A DNA stretch of 63,999 nucleotides, filler included, from Circinaria calcarea (GCA_051942165.1; 8 parts of 8 records of this genome joined end to end with filler, not necessarily neighbours in it), one strand, 5' to 3'; positions 21,245-34,945 are shown, numbered from the whole stretch's first letter. Numbers and translations are program-made. Notes: generated by a model not told the origin, from the sequence alone.

Positions 21245-21539
21245 AAGGAAGGCGTAGCATCTTTGTATACCAGACTCAGTGAGCAATTAGACATTTCGAA
21301 ACTTGGGCGTTTATCAACCCAGAAATTTTTTTTCCAAACGGCCGCACTTACAAAGATTAAACGCGGCCGGATAGATACGATCATTATGCTGACGAGGCTG
21401 GTTGGGCCCAGTTATCAGTTATCAGATAAGCTTCAGAATGAGGCTGTAATTGGTTTGGCTTAAGTAGCGAGCAAACCAACGAACGAGAAGCAAGGTGTAC
21501 TTCACTTTGACCATAACGGAATGTTGAGTCCAGGAAATG

Positions 21540-22672
21540 GAGAGAGTCTTGCAGCCATCCAGGCCTCGTCTTGACCAACAAACACTGCTTTCCCCGCCAC
21601 GATCCACGCCATCTCCCTGTTCTAACTACTAACCTTTGCCTGACTAAATTACCTCAGCCAGCCGTTCCATCCCTACTGCATCCTCGATCAGCTGTTCGGC
21701 TTCTGGGCCCGATATGTCGGGGTTCACTGAAAGGGGCCAAAGGGCTGTCCGGCGAGATGCACCTAATCGCAGGAACTGGACGGCGGCAGGGAGGATGAAT
21801 GCATTTCGTCCCATTTCAACCGTCGGCGAAGGATGAATGTCTGTTGGGATGGTTCTAGGTGTATGATGCGTATGATGTCGTTGGTCTAGCTAGCTCATCG
21901 GGTTTATCGTTTCGATTCCGACCCTGCTGCTGCTATGATCAGAGACGGGTGTCTCCGACAGAGATTCAATTGTCTTGATAAGCGGCGTGACAATCCTGGA
22001 TTCAATGGTGAGTCAAGATTTAGACTAGCTGTAATGCTCGAGAGCCTTCATACTCTGGTGGGAGTCCTCGCCCAATTCTCTCGGACACGACATAGGATAT
22101 CTGAGCTCTTGTTTGACGTGTCTCGGGAGTCGTCCAGATATCGGTTGCATCGAACTCCTGCCAATGGAAAAACCGCCGGGTCCTGGGTATGGCAGATTCA
22201 ACTGGTCAGCTTACAGAGCAAGTGCGTCAGGCTTCCCGAGCGTACGTAGAATTGCACCACGCACTCAACGGCCTTGTTTAGATCAACGGCCTTCAACGCG
22301 TAGCTAAGAAGGCGAAGATGGACCAGATCAAAACTTCCATGATATCTCGGGGGGAAGGGCTTGGTCACGTCGTGAACAACGAAGTCGATGCCCGGCACAT
22401 CGTCCGGAGGAAATTGCTGTGCCGAGATATCAAATCCCACCAACTGAACGTCCACGCGACTTTTGGTTCGGGCTTCCGAGACTTGCGGAGAAATCGCGCA
22501 GCCATACTCCAGTGCCTGTTCCAATATCCGCGATTGCATGCAAACCTTGGCGCGGGATCGAAGGATGAAGCAAGTGCCCTGATGCTAGAGCGCAGATGAA
22601 TTCATGCTGGACATGAAGCCGTTTCGACTCTTCATAGTCTCTACTTAGCATGTACGCTTCTTCTTCGGCTAT
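21540..22672 (-). pseudogene. LaeA-like class I SAM-dependent methyltransferase, disrupted
   Basis: Motifs YMLSRDYEESKRLHVQH, IADIGTGTGVW, LVGFDIS, FDLVHLRLL and PGG..WQEFD. The probable start is ATA (22672-22670) and there are several frameshifts. The 3' end is approximate. Confidence 0.8.
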
Positions 22673-23156
22673 GACGGATGAGCAGGTTTTGGTCCGATGG
22701 AAACCTTTTGCGGTTATATAAACACTGACAGTTCCAGCAAGAGCGGCGCACAAGCCCCTCGCCCTGAGACCGAGCAGTTATCGAACCCACGAGGGATAAA
22801 CATGCATGATCTACAGGGCAGCCGACAGTTGGCTCGGCAGCTCCGGTAACTTCAGATGCTACCGAATATCCTCTTGTTACCTATCGGTCTTTGAGTACGA
22901 ATATGATGTTCGCCCATCGGGCAGGAGGTCGGGGAATTTATAATTGCTAAAATGCGTGCCTCAGCGGTGATGCCGCCACTTGAACCTCGTGCCGTATGCA
23001 AACATCCTCTGGAGGGTTACATTTGATGATATGCAAAGTGTTTGGTTCATTCTCGGCCGCGCTATATGTCCCTGGGTTTCTCGACCTTTTAAGTCATACT
23101 TCTCTTTGCCATGACACGTTATAGCTGTCTTGATTACCCGCACATAAGCCTCTACT

Positions 23157-24103
23157 ATGAACCGACAGGATGAACAAGATGATAGGTCGTACCTTACAGT
23201 GATAGCATTCGCCTTCTGCATCGCAATAACCGTCATCGCGGTGAGTTTACGGCTACTGGCCAGGAAACTTCATAAAATCCCGCTTGGTTCAGACGACTAT
23301 TTTATAGCTTTGGGAGCTGTAAGTCATTCCGCTCCCTATCAATCCGGGACATGTCAATTCTTTACTAATAATCGATAGCTCTTTACAATAGGCCACGCAA
23401 CCGTTTATCTATTCAGTGAGTTCCCATGATGCCTTCCCATTGGCCATGACTATCAATGCTGAGAATGCCCTTTCAGCAAATAGGTTTGGCAATGGAAGGC
23501 ACATTTCTGTCCTCTAGCTTAACGATATTGTGAGCTATTTTAGGGTCCGTGGCTTTACCTTAGTGCCTTTCTCTTCTCTATATTTTCTTACACATTCAGA
23601 CTTTTTACGTTGCTGAGCAGCTGTACGGATTGGCGGTAACCACAATCAAAATCTCTATCCTCCTATTTTATCGGAGGTTGTTCACTACGCCTCAGTTCCC
23701 GAAATAGACCAATGTTGTTGGAGCCTTGGTGGTCGCATGGTTACTCACCAACAACCTACTTACAGCTTTTCAGTGTACGCCGATGCGGAAAGCCTGGCAG
23801 ATCAATCTACTAGGTCAATGTGTGAACCCTCTTACCTTCTTGATTGTAATCCAAGTTCCCAATGTTGTTTTGAACATGGTGATCCTGGCATTGCCGATAT
23901 CAATGGTATACCGGCTTCAGATGTCGAAAGCCCATAAGCTCAGTGTCGTAGCAGTTTTCTTACTAGGTGGACTGTAAATACTCCTGAGCCCCTGCTTTTC
24001 CAACTAGGCGGGCGGTTACCCCAGACGCTAATTAAATGCTAGGTCTATAATCATCTCGATTATACGTTTAGCAGTCTTAGCGAGCGAGGACTTAACGGAC
24101 GTC
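23157..24103 (+). pseudogene. PTH11-like (fungal rhodopsin-domain) integral membrane protein with in-frame stops, 3'-truncated
   Basis: Motifs AVSLRLLAR...GSDDY, FGNGRH, IKISILLFYRRLF, FQCTP.RKAW and ILALPI. TAG stops at 23515-23517 and 23705-23707. Confidence 0.85.
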
Positions 24104-24203
24104 NNNNNNNNNNNNNNNNNNNNNNNNNNNNNNNNNNNNNNNNNNNNTTAATTAATTAANNNNNNNNNNNNNNNNNNNNNNNNNNNNNNNNNNNNNNNNN
24201 NNN
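24104..24203. other. Artificial contig-joining linker
   Basis: Same 100-nt spacer. Confidence 0.98.
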
Positions 24204-25099
24204 CTGCGTCGCCTGCATCACAGATCCTTACTGCAAGGCCTCTGAGTTTTTCTCCGTGCCGGCGTCTGATCAGGTGAGTTGTACGCTCGACTATGGCGAT
24301 TCGAAGACGAGCTGTAGTCTCGAGACTGTGCATGTGACGATTGGGAAGGGAGGGATAGGGTATGAGCAGAGTTTTAGCGGGGGCAATTGTGGTGGGAGAT
24401 TGGTTTTCACTTATCAGGGATTCTGAGTTCGTTTGGTTTTTGCATCCGGTGCAAGGGGAAGAAGATGATAGACGATTCGCTCAGTTAGCTATGCGGCAAT
24501 AGTCGGAATCATAAAGCATTAGGAACTTAGCATATGCGACCCGAAAGAACCTCCCCGGGAGTATCAAACTCCAACTCCGAAGAACTCCCGGCCTACCTGC
24601 CATCAGATACGTCTTTCTGGTCCTCCCAGGAACCTATATTCCTATAAACCCATTCTAACAGATAGACAATCCCTCACGGAGATTCCAAGGTCTTTGTTTG
24701 CTCCGGGTGATTCTGCCCGAAACGTTCCTAATCCCCTAATCCCCAGTCAATTTTGAGCCCCCAATTTGATAATTAATAAATTGATAAATTGATAATTGAT
24801 AATTTCAAGGTAAGGTAAGGTAAGGTAATGTATATACCCGGGGACCTTTTTTTCCTGGGATTGGGATCCGGAAAACAACGCGGGTAATAAATACTGGGGG
24901 GTATGTGGTATGTTACTTGTAGATGTTACTTGTTAGTTGTTACCTGTATTATGAGTTTTTTGGATTTGGATTTGGATTGATGGGATTTTACAATACTCCA
25001 CCTTCCACTTCTGCTTCTTTTATTGCTTTCTTTCTCATTTCCACCCCATTCTTTTCATTTGCATTTTGATTTCGATTCGATTTCGTCCAATGTAATTGG

Positions 25100-25180
25100 G
25101 TAGCACCAGCACCAAGCACCAGTACAAGCACCAGTACCAGCACCAGCTCCAGCCTAGTCCTAGCCCTAGCCCTAGCCCTG
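25100..25180. repeat. Compound microsatellite (CACCAG/TACAAG)n-(CCTAGC)n
   Basis: Read directly, downstream of the CBS/PB1 gene. Confidence 0.75.
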
Positions 25181-25468
25181 GTTCTAACGAATTACATTTC
25201 ATACTCATTCCAGATTTCTTTTTTCTTAGGAAAAGCCCCGCACAGACGGGGATTTCTTCTTGTGGGAAAATTAGGTAGTATACACTCCCTTCCCCTCCTC
25301 CTCCTCCTCCGCCCTTCATTAAACTACCCACGGGAAAAAGGCAGAAGCAAGTGCAAAAAGTGCAAACAGCAAATAGCAAACGCAAGAGCGAGAACAGGCA
25401 AAGGGTATCAATCTACGCCACCTTCCCCCCCTTCTCTTTCAACTTCACATCTCTACCGTTTCTTCCCC

Positions 25469-27684
25469 TTATTTCTTCGTCGCCCTCCCCATTGCAAAAA
25501 CCCCCACCACCACCACCGCCACCGCCACAGCGACTCCAGGTAGGAGAATCTCATTCGGCACCCCCGCGATCAACCGATCCTTTTCCTTCTCCTGCCCCTT
25601 TCCCCTTTCCTTTTCCTTCACTCCCCCAGTACCTTTCCTCTCCTTCTTCACCGGCGTCGCCATCTCCTCTCCTTCGTCGTCCTCCGCACCTGCCACCTGT
25701 TGGCGCCGGCGCTCCCGCACAAGTGAAGCCGGTGGCGTGAGGGGTTTCGCAAGACCAGGGCGTGGTTCTAGGGTAGCCGTCATGGGCGCTTTCTGCGGAT
25801 CGTGCACAAAAAGATCGACCTTGTCCCTGTGACTTCTTCTCGCGAGGGTGATGGCGTCGAGGAGGTCCGTGTCATTGGTGATACTGACCGTGTCGCCTTC
25901 GTTGTCAAGATAGCTGAGCGCGTACCCCTTCAGCCCCATGGTTCCATCTCGGAAACTGGCAGGGCCGCCGACGGCGTCAATTTCACCGCCGAGTTTGGCG
26001 GTCACAGAAGCGATGAGTTCGGTCATGCCTTCGGAGGCGATGACCTGGAGTCTATGGACTCGTCCCGAGGGTGCTTTGAACTTGAAAGGGAAAGGCACAT
26101 CTTCTGGTGAGGCGGAGGGATGATCGAGAAGTTCGGAGTGGGAATCATCCCCGCCGTTGTGGGAGGCAGATTCGTTGGGAAGAACACTATCGACGCGGTC
26201 TATAAGGGGTCGGGAGGATTGCTCGAGGGATACCAATGAGCGATGGCCTGGCGTGTTCACGCGGTGGTGGCTACCTCCATCGGAGATCATCGATTCGGTT
26301 TCGTGGTCCAAGGAAAGCCAGAACTTATTCCAGGCTGGGCCCTCCGCGTCGCCAGTGGACATTGTGTTTATCTAACCTCAGTTAGCTCAGAAGGTATATG
26401 AGCGTTGTTAGAAGGTGACAGACTTGTTCTAGTGTAGCATATGTCAACTTCAAGACATCGACCATTCCTACGATTTCTCCACCGTCGTTTATAACTGGGA
26501 GGTTCAAGTAATGACCATCTATGGAGAATCAGTATCAATCATTCGAGGTTATCGCCTCGACCTCTTACCATGCATTTTCCTCAATGCAGCCTGAATGCTC
26601 ATGTCCATCGGGGCAAAATCCGGATGTGGAGTCATGACTCTAACGACGCTGCAGGTTGCCGGATCCAACCCAGGGGCTATGACACGGAGGACAACATCCT
26701 TACTGGTAAATATACCAGTGATTGAGCCTTGATCTTGAACTAGAACAGCTGTTGTATGATTCTCCTTCATCAGGCTTGCAGCCTCTTTCACAGAGGTTCG
26801 GACGTTAACGGTTGTTGGGGGTAGGCCTGTGAGCACCGATTCGAGAGTAGGCCCAGACATCTTCTGTCTCAACGCCTCCACGTATTGTATAATCTGCTGT
26901 GGCTGACTCGCTCCCAGCTCGGATTGAACACCCTCGAGTGCATCATAGAGCTTCCGTGACGAACTGTATGCCCGTTCCAGCTTTTCCATTGCATCGTAAA
27001 AGCACTTTGTGATGTCGAGAATACCAGAGATATCCTGATTCTCGTCCATGACAGGTAAATGCCTAAAGCCCTTTCGCACCATCAAATCTAAAGCATCTGT
27101 AGCGCTGGTGTCTGTTCTGGCGCATAGAGGATTCTTGGTCATTATTTCCGAGATCATCACATCTCTTGCTTTGACACCTGCTCCAACCACCCGGAATGCT
27201 AGGTCTTTGGCTGTAAAGATACCGGCGATCCGATCCTCATCGTCCGTGACAAGGACACAGTCTTCCCTCTTGGCAGCCATCAATTGAGCAGCCTCGGCAA
27301 CGCTGGTGTTGGGCTTGATCTGTAAGGCCTGACTAGGCTTCAATGCGAGGACTGTTCCAGGCGGCGCCTTTCGCGTGTGTCGGGCTCGAGATGCGCTGCC
27401 CTTTTTCTTACTGAGGTCGACCTCCATTTTCTTTCGGATTGCCTACGCGGTTGCAGTCAGAAGCTGTAGACATTAGGTGTACGTGGAACCTCTACCTCAT
27501 CTCGTTTGGATTGTTTCTGCCGGCTCGCACTCAGGGTTGATAGGCCTCCTTCGCTCTGCATCGTAGAAGGTTGAGTTTCCAGTTTCGGACGGGGGATGTT
27601 CGAAGGACTGTTCTCAAAGACAGGTAACTGGCCCCTTGCTTGCCCGCGGCTGGGAGTTGCTCTATAAGTACCTGCGGCAGACAT
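25469..27684 (-). CDS. CBS (x4) + PB1 domain protein with a C-terminal membrane anchor (Mug70-like)
   Basis: Exons 27684-27496, 27442-26569, 26518-26424 and 26371-25469. CBS motifs GIFTAKDLAFRV and FRHLPV; PB1 motif FKFKAPSGRVHR...LSYLDNEGDTVSI; hydrophobic C-tail. Confidence 0.92.
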
Positions 27685-28048
27685 GATGAAGCCGACTTGG
27701 AGTGGCGTGGCGGAGAAGTTGCTTAAGAACCCGTTTGGATAGACTACGAAGAATGTAACACGCAGATAGATCCCATTCCGATTCACTCAATAAACTCGAT
27801 GTAAATAGAACTAGGAATATTTAAAGTTTAGCCGTGATCTCGATTCCCTGAATTAGATTAGCGCGGATCAAGCGAGACTTACCCCTGCAATTGTGCGGAA
27901 ATCAGAAGGAACGTCGAAATTCAATTTCAAGGGACGAAATCGCAAGGAGACATTCAACAACTGTCGTTTGAATCGTCATTTGTAAGGAACCTGTAAGGGC
28001 CTCTTCTACCTCTGATAACCAACTGACACTGGCTAGGTTGTTGCAAAA

Positions 28049-28667
28049 ATGGTCAAGAAACGAGCGTCCAAGTATGCGATAACCCTCCCCCCATCGCACT
28101 CCAGCACAAGAGAGTCGAATGCTGACCACAGAAATCCAGTGGACGTAACAAGAAAGGCCGTGGTCACGTCAAACCCATCAGATGCTCCAACTGTTCGAGA
28201 TGTACACCCAAGGACAAGGCGATCAAAAGATTTACTATCCGTAATATGGTGGAGTCTGCCGCTATTCGTACGTCTGCGTGTTCTCTTGAGACGATTCTGA
28301 GGAATTATTCGGTTCAGGTTTTCAGGGAAAATAGCATCCACTAACATGTTCTTTGCGAACGTCAGGTGATATCTCTGATGCCTCCGTCTTCCCCGAATAC
28401 GCCGTGCCGAAAATGTACCTGAAGCTACAATACTGCGTCTCGTGCGCTATCCACGGCAAGATCGTACGGTAAGTATTTAGGAACAACTTAGGAGGAAGCC
28501 CACCTACGGATATCAAAAGTGTCGAGACTAATTCCGATCTCCTTTGCAGTGTCCGCTCACGAGAAGGTCGCCGTAACCGCAATCCCCCTCCAAGGGTCCG
28601 GTTCAACAAAGATGGGAAAAAAATCAACCCGCAGCAGGCCGTTGCTGGTAAGGTAATTCAGGCATAG
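28049..28667 (+). CDS. RPS26: 40S ribosomal protein S26 (eS26), 4 exons
   Basis: Spliced product MVKKRASN^[43 protein letters not shown]^[34 protein letters not shown]^[10 protein letters not shown]... Confidence 0.97.
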
Positions 28668-29847
28668 ACATGAGGGTTCTTAGGTGGATCAATGCTACAT
28701 GGGACATGCTACATAGCTCCAGACAGTATCATGCAATTCTTTTGAACCAAACCTACGTTATCTCCTTAAAAATGTGAATACCCCCGTGATATTCCTATCT
28801 TCAACTACACGCGGATCCAGCGTGCTCATACTCTAAATACAAGGGAAGGCAGGCTAGCCGTATCTACAGGGGCAATTGACATAGGCTCTCCCTCATCTAA
28901 ACGCCATGTTCCTAAAATCTTCCAATTCATTCAAGAAAATCTAACTGGAGTGCTGCGCTGGCGAGACCACTCGTCCGCGACAAGGTTGTGAATTCCTTCT
29001 AGACGTGTGCTCATGAAGACCAGGGTATTGATAGGGGAAAGAGGTATACAGTGCTGTGTAACATGACATCTTTCTGTCTGATAATGTAGGTCCGTGCTAT
29101 TGTGAGTTCGTGGTTGTTTGGGCTAGCGTTCCAGGTAGGAGATTAGGAGATCAGGGAGTGGAGTTCATCTAGTATCTCAAGAAGCATCGCTTGCCACCGG
29201 TCGGCCCATCCGTTAACCCAATCAAGTGTCTAAATCCTCTGGTACTAGTCGGTAGCAAAGTGGTGGGTACCTGTTTACTTGTAGCACCGTGCTCTCGCCG
29301 TTGCCACCTGTGGTTCGCAGACGTAGAATTCTCCATCTGCCCTGGTTTCTCTATTAGCCAAGCGGTCTTCGTCCAGCTGGGGAAACCGAGGTCCAACTAT
29401 GCCAGTCGATGCTGCCTAATTGATACCCCTTGCATCTAATGACGAATCAAGCCAAATTGGCGTTTCTATCTTGGGTTAGCTCCGAGTAGTTCCTACCCAG
29501 AAGGTCAACGCCGAACCGCAGGGTTGACATCGCTTCCATCACAGATAGCCAAAACTGTGGCTCGAAGCTCTAAGCTCTGGCCGATATCTCCGGACAATTG
29601 GATATTCTGACTCATTCGGATGACTTCGGTTCTTAGCGTCGTTAGCAGAAATCGGGTCGATGACGATGGTAGTAGGCACTAGTCTTTGGTACGGTGGAGT
29701 TTAGTAGAGCAATGGAAGGGTCAAAAGCCACTGAAATTAGTGGAACGGAACAATCGCACTTTCGAGGTCGTCTTATATGACCTTCGACCCCATCCACCGC
29801 TACGATGGCTATTCCAGGCGCATCTCTCGAAGAAGGCGACCATTGCT

Positions 29848-31818
29848 ATGGCTTCAGTTGTCTGGGCTTTAACCCTACTCGCAGCTTTGGCTGCAGGTGC
29901 TCCGGCTGATACGGGTTTGCCAATCGTCGACCTTGGCTATGTGAGTTCCCTATCCCTACCCATCAGAGAATATTGTTTGGGTATTTCGGCAGCTGACATG
30001 CCTTCAAGGAACGCCATCAGGCTATCAGTCTTAATGTCCGTTTTGCCCGCCGGACAACTCGTCACTTGCGCTCACTCCAAATAGACAACGGGGGGTTATT
30101 ACAATTTCTCGAATATTAGATACGCCCAGCCACCAATCGGGAACTTGAGGTTCGCAGCGCCGGTGCCTCCCAAGGGCAAAAGCTCGGTCATCAACAATGG
30201 ATCTGTAGGAGCCATATGTCCTCAGGCACTTCCCGTCTGGACAGCCATAAGTGCTATCTTTGTTCCAAAATACCTCACTGGACAGCCCTTTGACCTTGCC
30301 GCCACCGAGGCAGCCCTTGCCAATTCAAGCAGCTCGCCCCCGGCAATTGACCCCCGAACATCAGAGGACTGCCTGTGAGATTAACGCAACGTTAAATGTG
30401 TCAGAGAGTGTCTGCTAACCAAACTATAGTTTCTTGGATGTCATTGTTCCCCAGACAGTCTTCAAGAAACAACCTGTACCTCAGATTGCAGGGGCTGCCA
30501 ATCCGAACGCCTTGGCGCCTGTGATGGTATGGATTTATGGCGGTGGGTACACGCTTGGCGAGAAAAGCTTACCAGCATATAACCCTACTGGCTTAATCAA
30601 GGCTAGTCAAGTCAATGGGTCGGAAGGTGTGATTTTCGTAGCTTTAAACTACAGGGTTCGTTTACTCCGAGTCCTATTCAAGAACCTAGTATCCTAACAC
30701 CTAATCTAAAGCTAGGTGCATTTGGATGGCTTGGCGGTCCCACCCTTCAATCAAATGGTGTTGCGAATGCGGCGCTCTATGATCAGCGTTTAGCTCTGCA
30801 ATGGGTCCAGGATAATATTCATCTCTTTGGGGGAGATAAGACCAGAGTAACGGTCTTCGGCGAGTCTGCCGGTAGGCCTCATCCCCATTGCCCCCAACCT
30901 CTTTCCTTATACTCATATTGTGTAGGGGGAGGCTCGATCATGCATCAAATCACAGCTTTCGGAGGTCTTGCAGGTCCCGCTCCATTTGCCCAAGCGGTTC
31001 TCCAATCCCCTGCTTTCCAAAATCGACCGGGTAGTTTACAGCAAGAGGAGACCTTGCAAACCTTTTTGTCTCTACTCAACGTCACAAGCATCGAGGAAGC
31101 GCGTCAGCTGCCATCCGAAGCTTTGATAAAGGCGAACGCGCAACAAGTTGGAGCGTCTACTTATGGTCAGTTTAGCTACGGTCCCGTCGTCGATGGTCTT
31201 TTTGCCCCTGCTCTTCCTGGACGCCTCTTACTACAGGGATCTTTTGATAAGAATGTCAAGGTGATGGTGGGCCATAATGCTAATGAGGGACTCATCTTTA
31301 TCGACCCTGCTATAATGAATTCCACAGACTTTGCGGAATACCTCGCCATTTCCTTCCCGGATGCCTCGGCTGGAACACTGAATTACATTGAAACCGTTCT
31401 CTATCCCCCAGTTTTCGATGGAAGTTTTGGATATACGTCTGAGATCCAAAGAGCGAACCTTGTGTTATCCGAATCGACCTTCACTTGTACGACAAACTAC
31501 CTGAATAGAGCTTTTCGAAACAATACGTTCGCATATCAATTCTCTGTCGGTCCCGCATTACATGGGCAAGACGTTCCCTACACCTTCTTCAATGGTCCCA
31601 ACCCTGAGGTTCTCAACCCCCAAATCGCCCTCGCCCTCCAAGATTACATTACCAGCTTCGTTCAGACCGGCATCCCAAGCGGCGTAGGCCTTCCAAAGTT
31701 CCCGATGTTCGGCGGTGCCAGCCTGAATATCAATTTCAACACGACGGGTATTTCTGTGATTACGGATCCTACGAGCAATCCGAGATGTCGGTGGTGGCAA
31801 AAAGCATTGTATTATTAA
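29848..31818 (+). CDS. Secreted type-B carboxylesterase/lipase, multi-exon
   Basis: Signal peptide, then LPIVDLGY, NIRYA.PP.G.LRF, SEDCL, VMVWIYGGG, FGESAG^GGS (catalytic Ser), NANEG (Glu) and LHGQD (His). Confidence 0.95.
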
Positions 31819-32160
31819 GCAGTGTACGCGATTCGGTACACTCCGTTGTTATTAACATCTCAACTCTTCCACCTTCCTCCACTACCTTATCCGTGAAATC
31901 TCATCTCTCAACCATCTTTATAAATCATCCTTCTCGGCAGAAACCCCTCCCCCCTGGTTCCTTATCCTCTCCACTTCAGTTCTCCTTCCCCTGTCCTTCC
32001 CCCTTCTCCTCCCCTTCCTACGGACACGCTTTCATCTTAAAACCACCCATCCAAATCAACCCCCCATTTCACCTACTCCCAACCTTTCACCTCCCCGAAA
32101 CCGCTTTTAACCCCCCCCCCCCAAAAAGGAAAGAGAAGAATTACGAATACATCACCGCCC

Positions 32161-32260
32161 NNNNNNNNNNNNNNNNNNNNNNNNNNNNNNNNNNNNNNNN
32201 NNNNTTAATTAATTAANNNNNNNNNNNNNNNNNNNNNNNNNNNNNNNNNNNNNNNNNNNN
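32161..32260. other. Artificial contig-joining linker
   Basis: Same 100-nt spacer. Confidence 0.98.
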
Positions 32261-33591
32261 CTGAGGATCCGATGCACGCCCCTCAGCTCCTCCATCCTCC
32301 TCTTCGCACCCTCCGCCTTCTCCGCGCTCCCTTTCCGCAACGTTTCCGTCCGTTCCAGCCAGCGGGCCAACTGCCGCTGCAGCAGCGCCTCCGTCCTCTC
32401 CACCTCGCGAACATTATTGCCCCGCTCCGAGAGGGCGTCGCGCCGTCTGCCCGCGTCGAGCGTCTCGACGTCTTCCTTGTGCAGCTCGGCCGCGACTTCG
32501 TCGAGCACTTTGGTGCAGGAGAGGACGTCGGCGGTGACGACTGAGAAGGTTTCGCCGCTGGTGTGGAGCGCGCGCGTGCGTTTCTCGAGAGTGTCGATGT
32601 GAGATTTGTCCCGGGCGAGGTTCTCGGAGAGCTCGGTGAGGTTCTGCTGAAGGGCGGCGGATGATTGCATTGCATACGGCCGAAGTTTTTCTGATTCCTG
32701 GCGGAGGAGCAGACCGCGTTCGAGGCGGTCTTTGTCAACAAGAGCTAAGCGCTGTTTTTCGGTTCTGACCTTTTCCAGACGCGCCATCACCCGCTCCTGG
32801 CCCTTTTTTAGTTCTAAGAGGTGATCCTTCAACTCTTCGTTGACTTTTAGTTTTTCCTTGACCTGGATTTCCATATTCTTGCGTTCGCGCTTCATTTCTT
32901 CGAGTCGGGCTTCCATGTCTTGGTTCTCGGTGTAGAGGGCGTCGATGCGGGCTTTGGTGGTTTCGGCTTTGTTGAAATGTTCGTCTATCGTCGCTGTCTG
33001 GGATTCGCGGAAGCGAACAAAGTTGATGATGTAAGAGAAGATCTTGACGAGGCGGTCGTGGGTGGGTTTTAAGAGGTCGGTGAAGGTAAAGTCGGTGATG
33101 CCGCACTGAAAAACAAATGATTAGCGATCCGTCTTATTTATGCGTATGGGAGAATAGTCCTGACCTCAACTAGTAGCTTCCTCAGCGCCACGTAGAAGCC
33201 CATCAGATTCCTTGTGTCGGCAGGTACAATCTCCATGTGCTCTCCGCACACATCCTCCGCTGCTGCACGCATAGCGGGTTCAATCGTTTCGCGTGTTGCA
33301 TTCATGAGGAGTTCGGCAAACCACTCGAAGACTTTCTGGATCTGCTGGGGGTTTGGCTTCTGCAGGTCTTCGGAGGAGAATTGAACACCGATATCGCTGA
33401 TACATCCTGCGATTTCTCGATCAGGCTGTCATACCGATCAGTAGAGTACCGAGAGTGACAAGACGGCGGTATGAGGGCTAGAGTACCAGGCGCATGAATG
33501 CATCCCCGTCATCCTGTTTTGGGCGGTTTCGCCCCCCATTATTCTGGCTCTGAGAACGGAACTGTTGACTTGATCGACCGTTGTAATCCAT
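32261..33591 (-). CDS. NUF2: Kinetochore protein Nuf2, 3'-truncated
   Basis: DAFMRL^[13 protein letters not shown]...DLQKPNP...[34 protein letters not shown], followed by a long coiled coil. Two introns. Confidence 0.93.
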
Positions 33592-34945
33592 TGCAAGCGA
33601 AGAATTTACACACTTGATGGCAGTTGAGAACTTGAAGTTTGGTAAACAAACACGATCCGAAAAGGACTAGTTTGAGAAAGGGTATCTCCGGAGAAATCCG
33701 GCCCGCGGCTTTACTCCTTACCAGCCAGCCACATGCGAGACGACGTCACTGGCTGTTTGAGGAAGCCACACTCTCATGCTGTACTGCAAATTCTGGTAGA
33801 CTAGGCCCCTGTGGTACCCGTGGAGGCCTGATCTCAGACAAAGCAGAGTGACTGCTCATTCGTCCTTCATGTCGGTAATATTGGTACTGCTAAGAAAAAC
33901 CGTGGTCGAGTGGCGTTACTCCGTGATGCTTGGGTGAACTTTGAAGGATTCTAGTTTAGCCGTAGGAATTGCCTTGGCTGCTGGCAGCCTTTTGCGGGAT
34001 GATCACTTCTTGGGGTCCTTTGCCACCATCCACACCTTTCAAACCCTAAGTTGGAGAACGCAGATCCTCTCCGACTCAGTGGGTAACCCTCCGAACAGAC
34101 CCTTCTCGAACAGACCTCGCTGCGACCGTAACGGCATCGTTACTGGCCACCATGCAACTTTCCGTACTGCACACGAGATGTCAGGCATCTCTGACATCTA
34201 CCGGCATGAGTGGCGTCGTCTGGCTTCGGTTCCTATTCGGACGGGACGAAGGAACATGTCCATCCAATCCGGGAGCCTTTTGAGACTTCCGTGTCCCAAT
34301 TCCCCATCTTCCCTCTCGAGTCTTAACTGCTGTCGGCGTAGTGCCAGCTCGCTAGTCTGCTATGCGCGATTAAGCTATAATGACGCTGGCGCCGATGATC
34401 CGATCCGGTCTACTTCTTCTTCAGCCTTCGTCCCCAAAAAGTGAGACCCTCCGAGGTAACTCGATCTTTTCCACGCCCTTTAATCCTTAGGCCTACCTTA
34501 CTCCCCCCCCTCAGAGATTCCCACTCCCCTGCCTTAAGCCACTTTGTGCATCAGATCAGATCAGATCATGCGACATTCCATCTCCTGACCACCTAGCTGC
34601 TCTTCCATTTCATACATCTGAAGCCACTTCACCAACCATTCTTTCCGACTTTGCAGCACATACAGCATTCGCTCTTTCACGGTCGCAAAACCAGCTTGTC
34701 CTCGGTTATTTGCCTTCTGGACGCCCTATGCCTGGCTAATCACAGGACTACCTCAATCACGCGTATGAGAGATCGGGGCCCCCTTGCTATTGCTCCTAGA
34801 TCATTTGATTGCTTCCGAACCATAGCGCGCCACCGGCACCATTGGCCAGACAATTAAGCTGTCGACGTCTATCCTATGTTGGCGCCGGGGGCGGCGTCGG
34901 GTCAGTGGAGGAGAGTGTTTGCGCAAAGGGTCAATTGACAGGACT

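Noticed and set aside
24204..25400. Short ORFs in the low-complexity start of contig 4
   Set aside because: Their translations derive from microsatellites (GLGLGL, HQYKHQ) and show no coding signal.
33941..34444. 167-aa ORF between NUF2 and the 878-aa gene
   Set aside because: TTG start and no recognisable motif; probably promoter or 5' UTR sequence.
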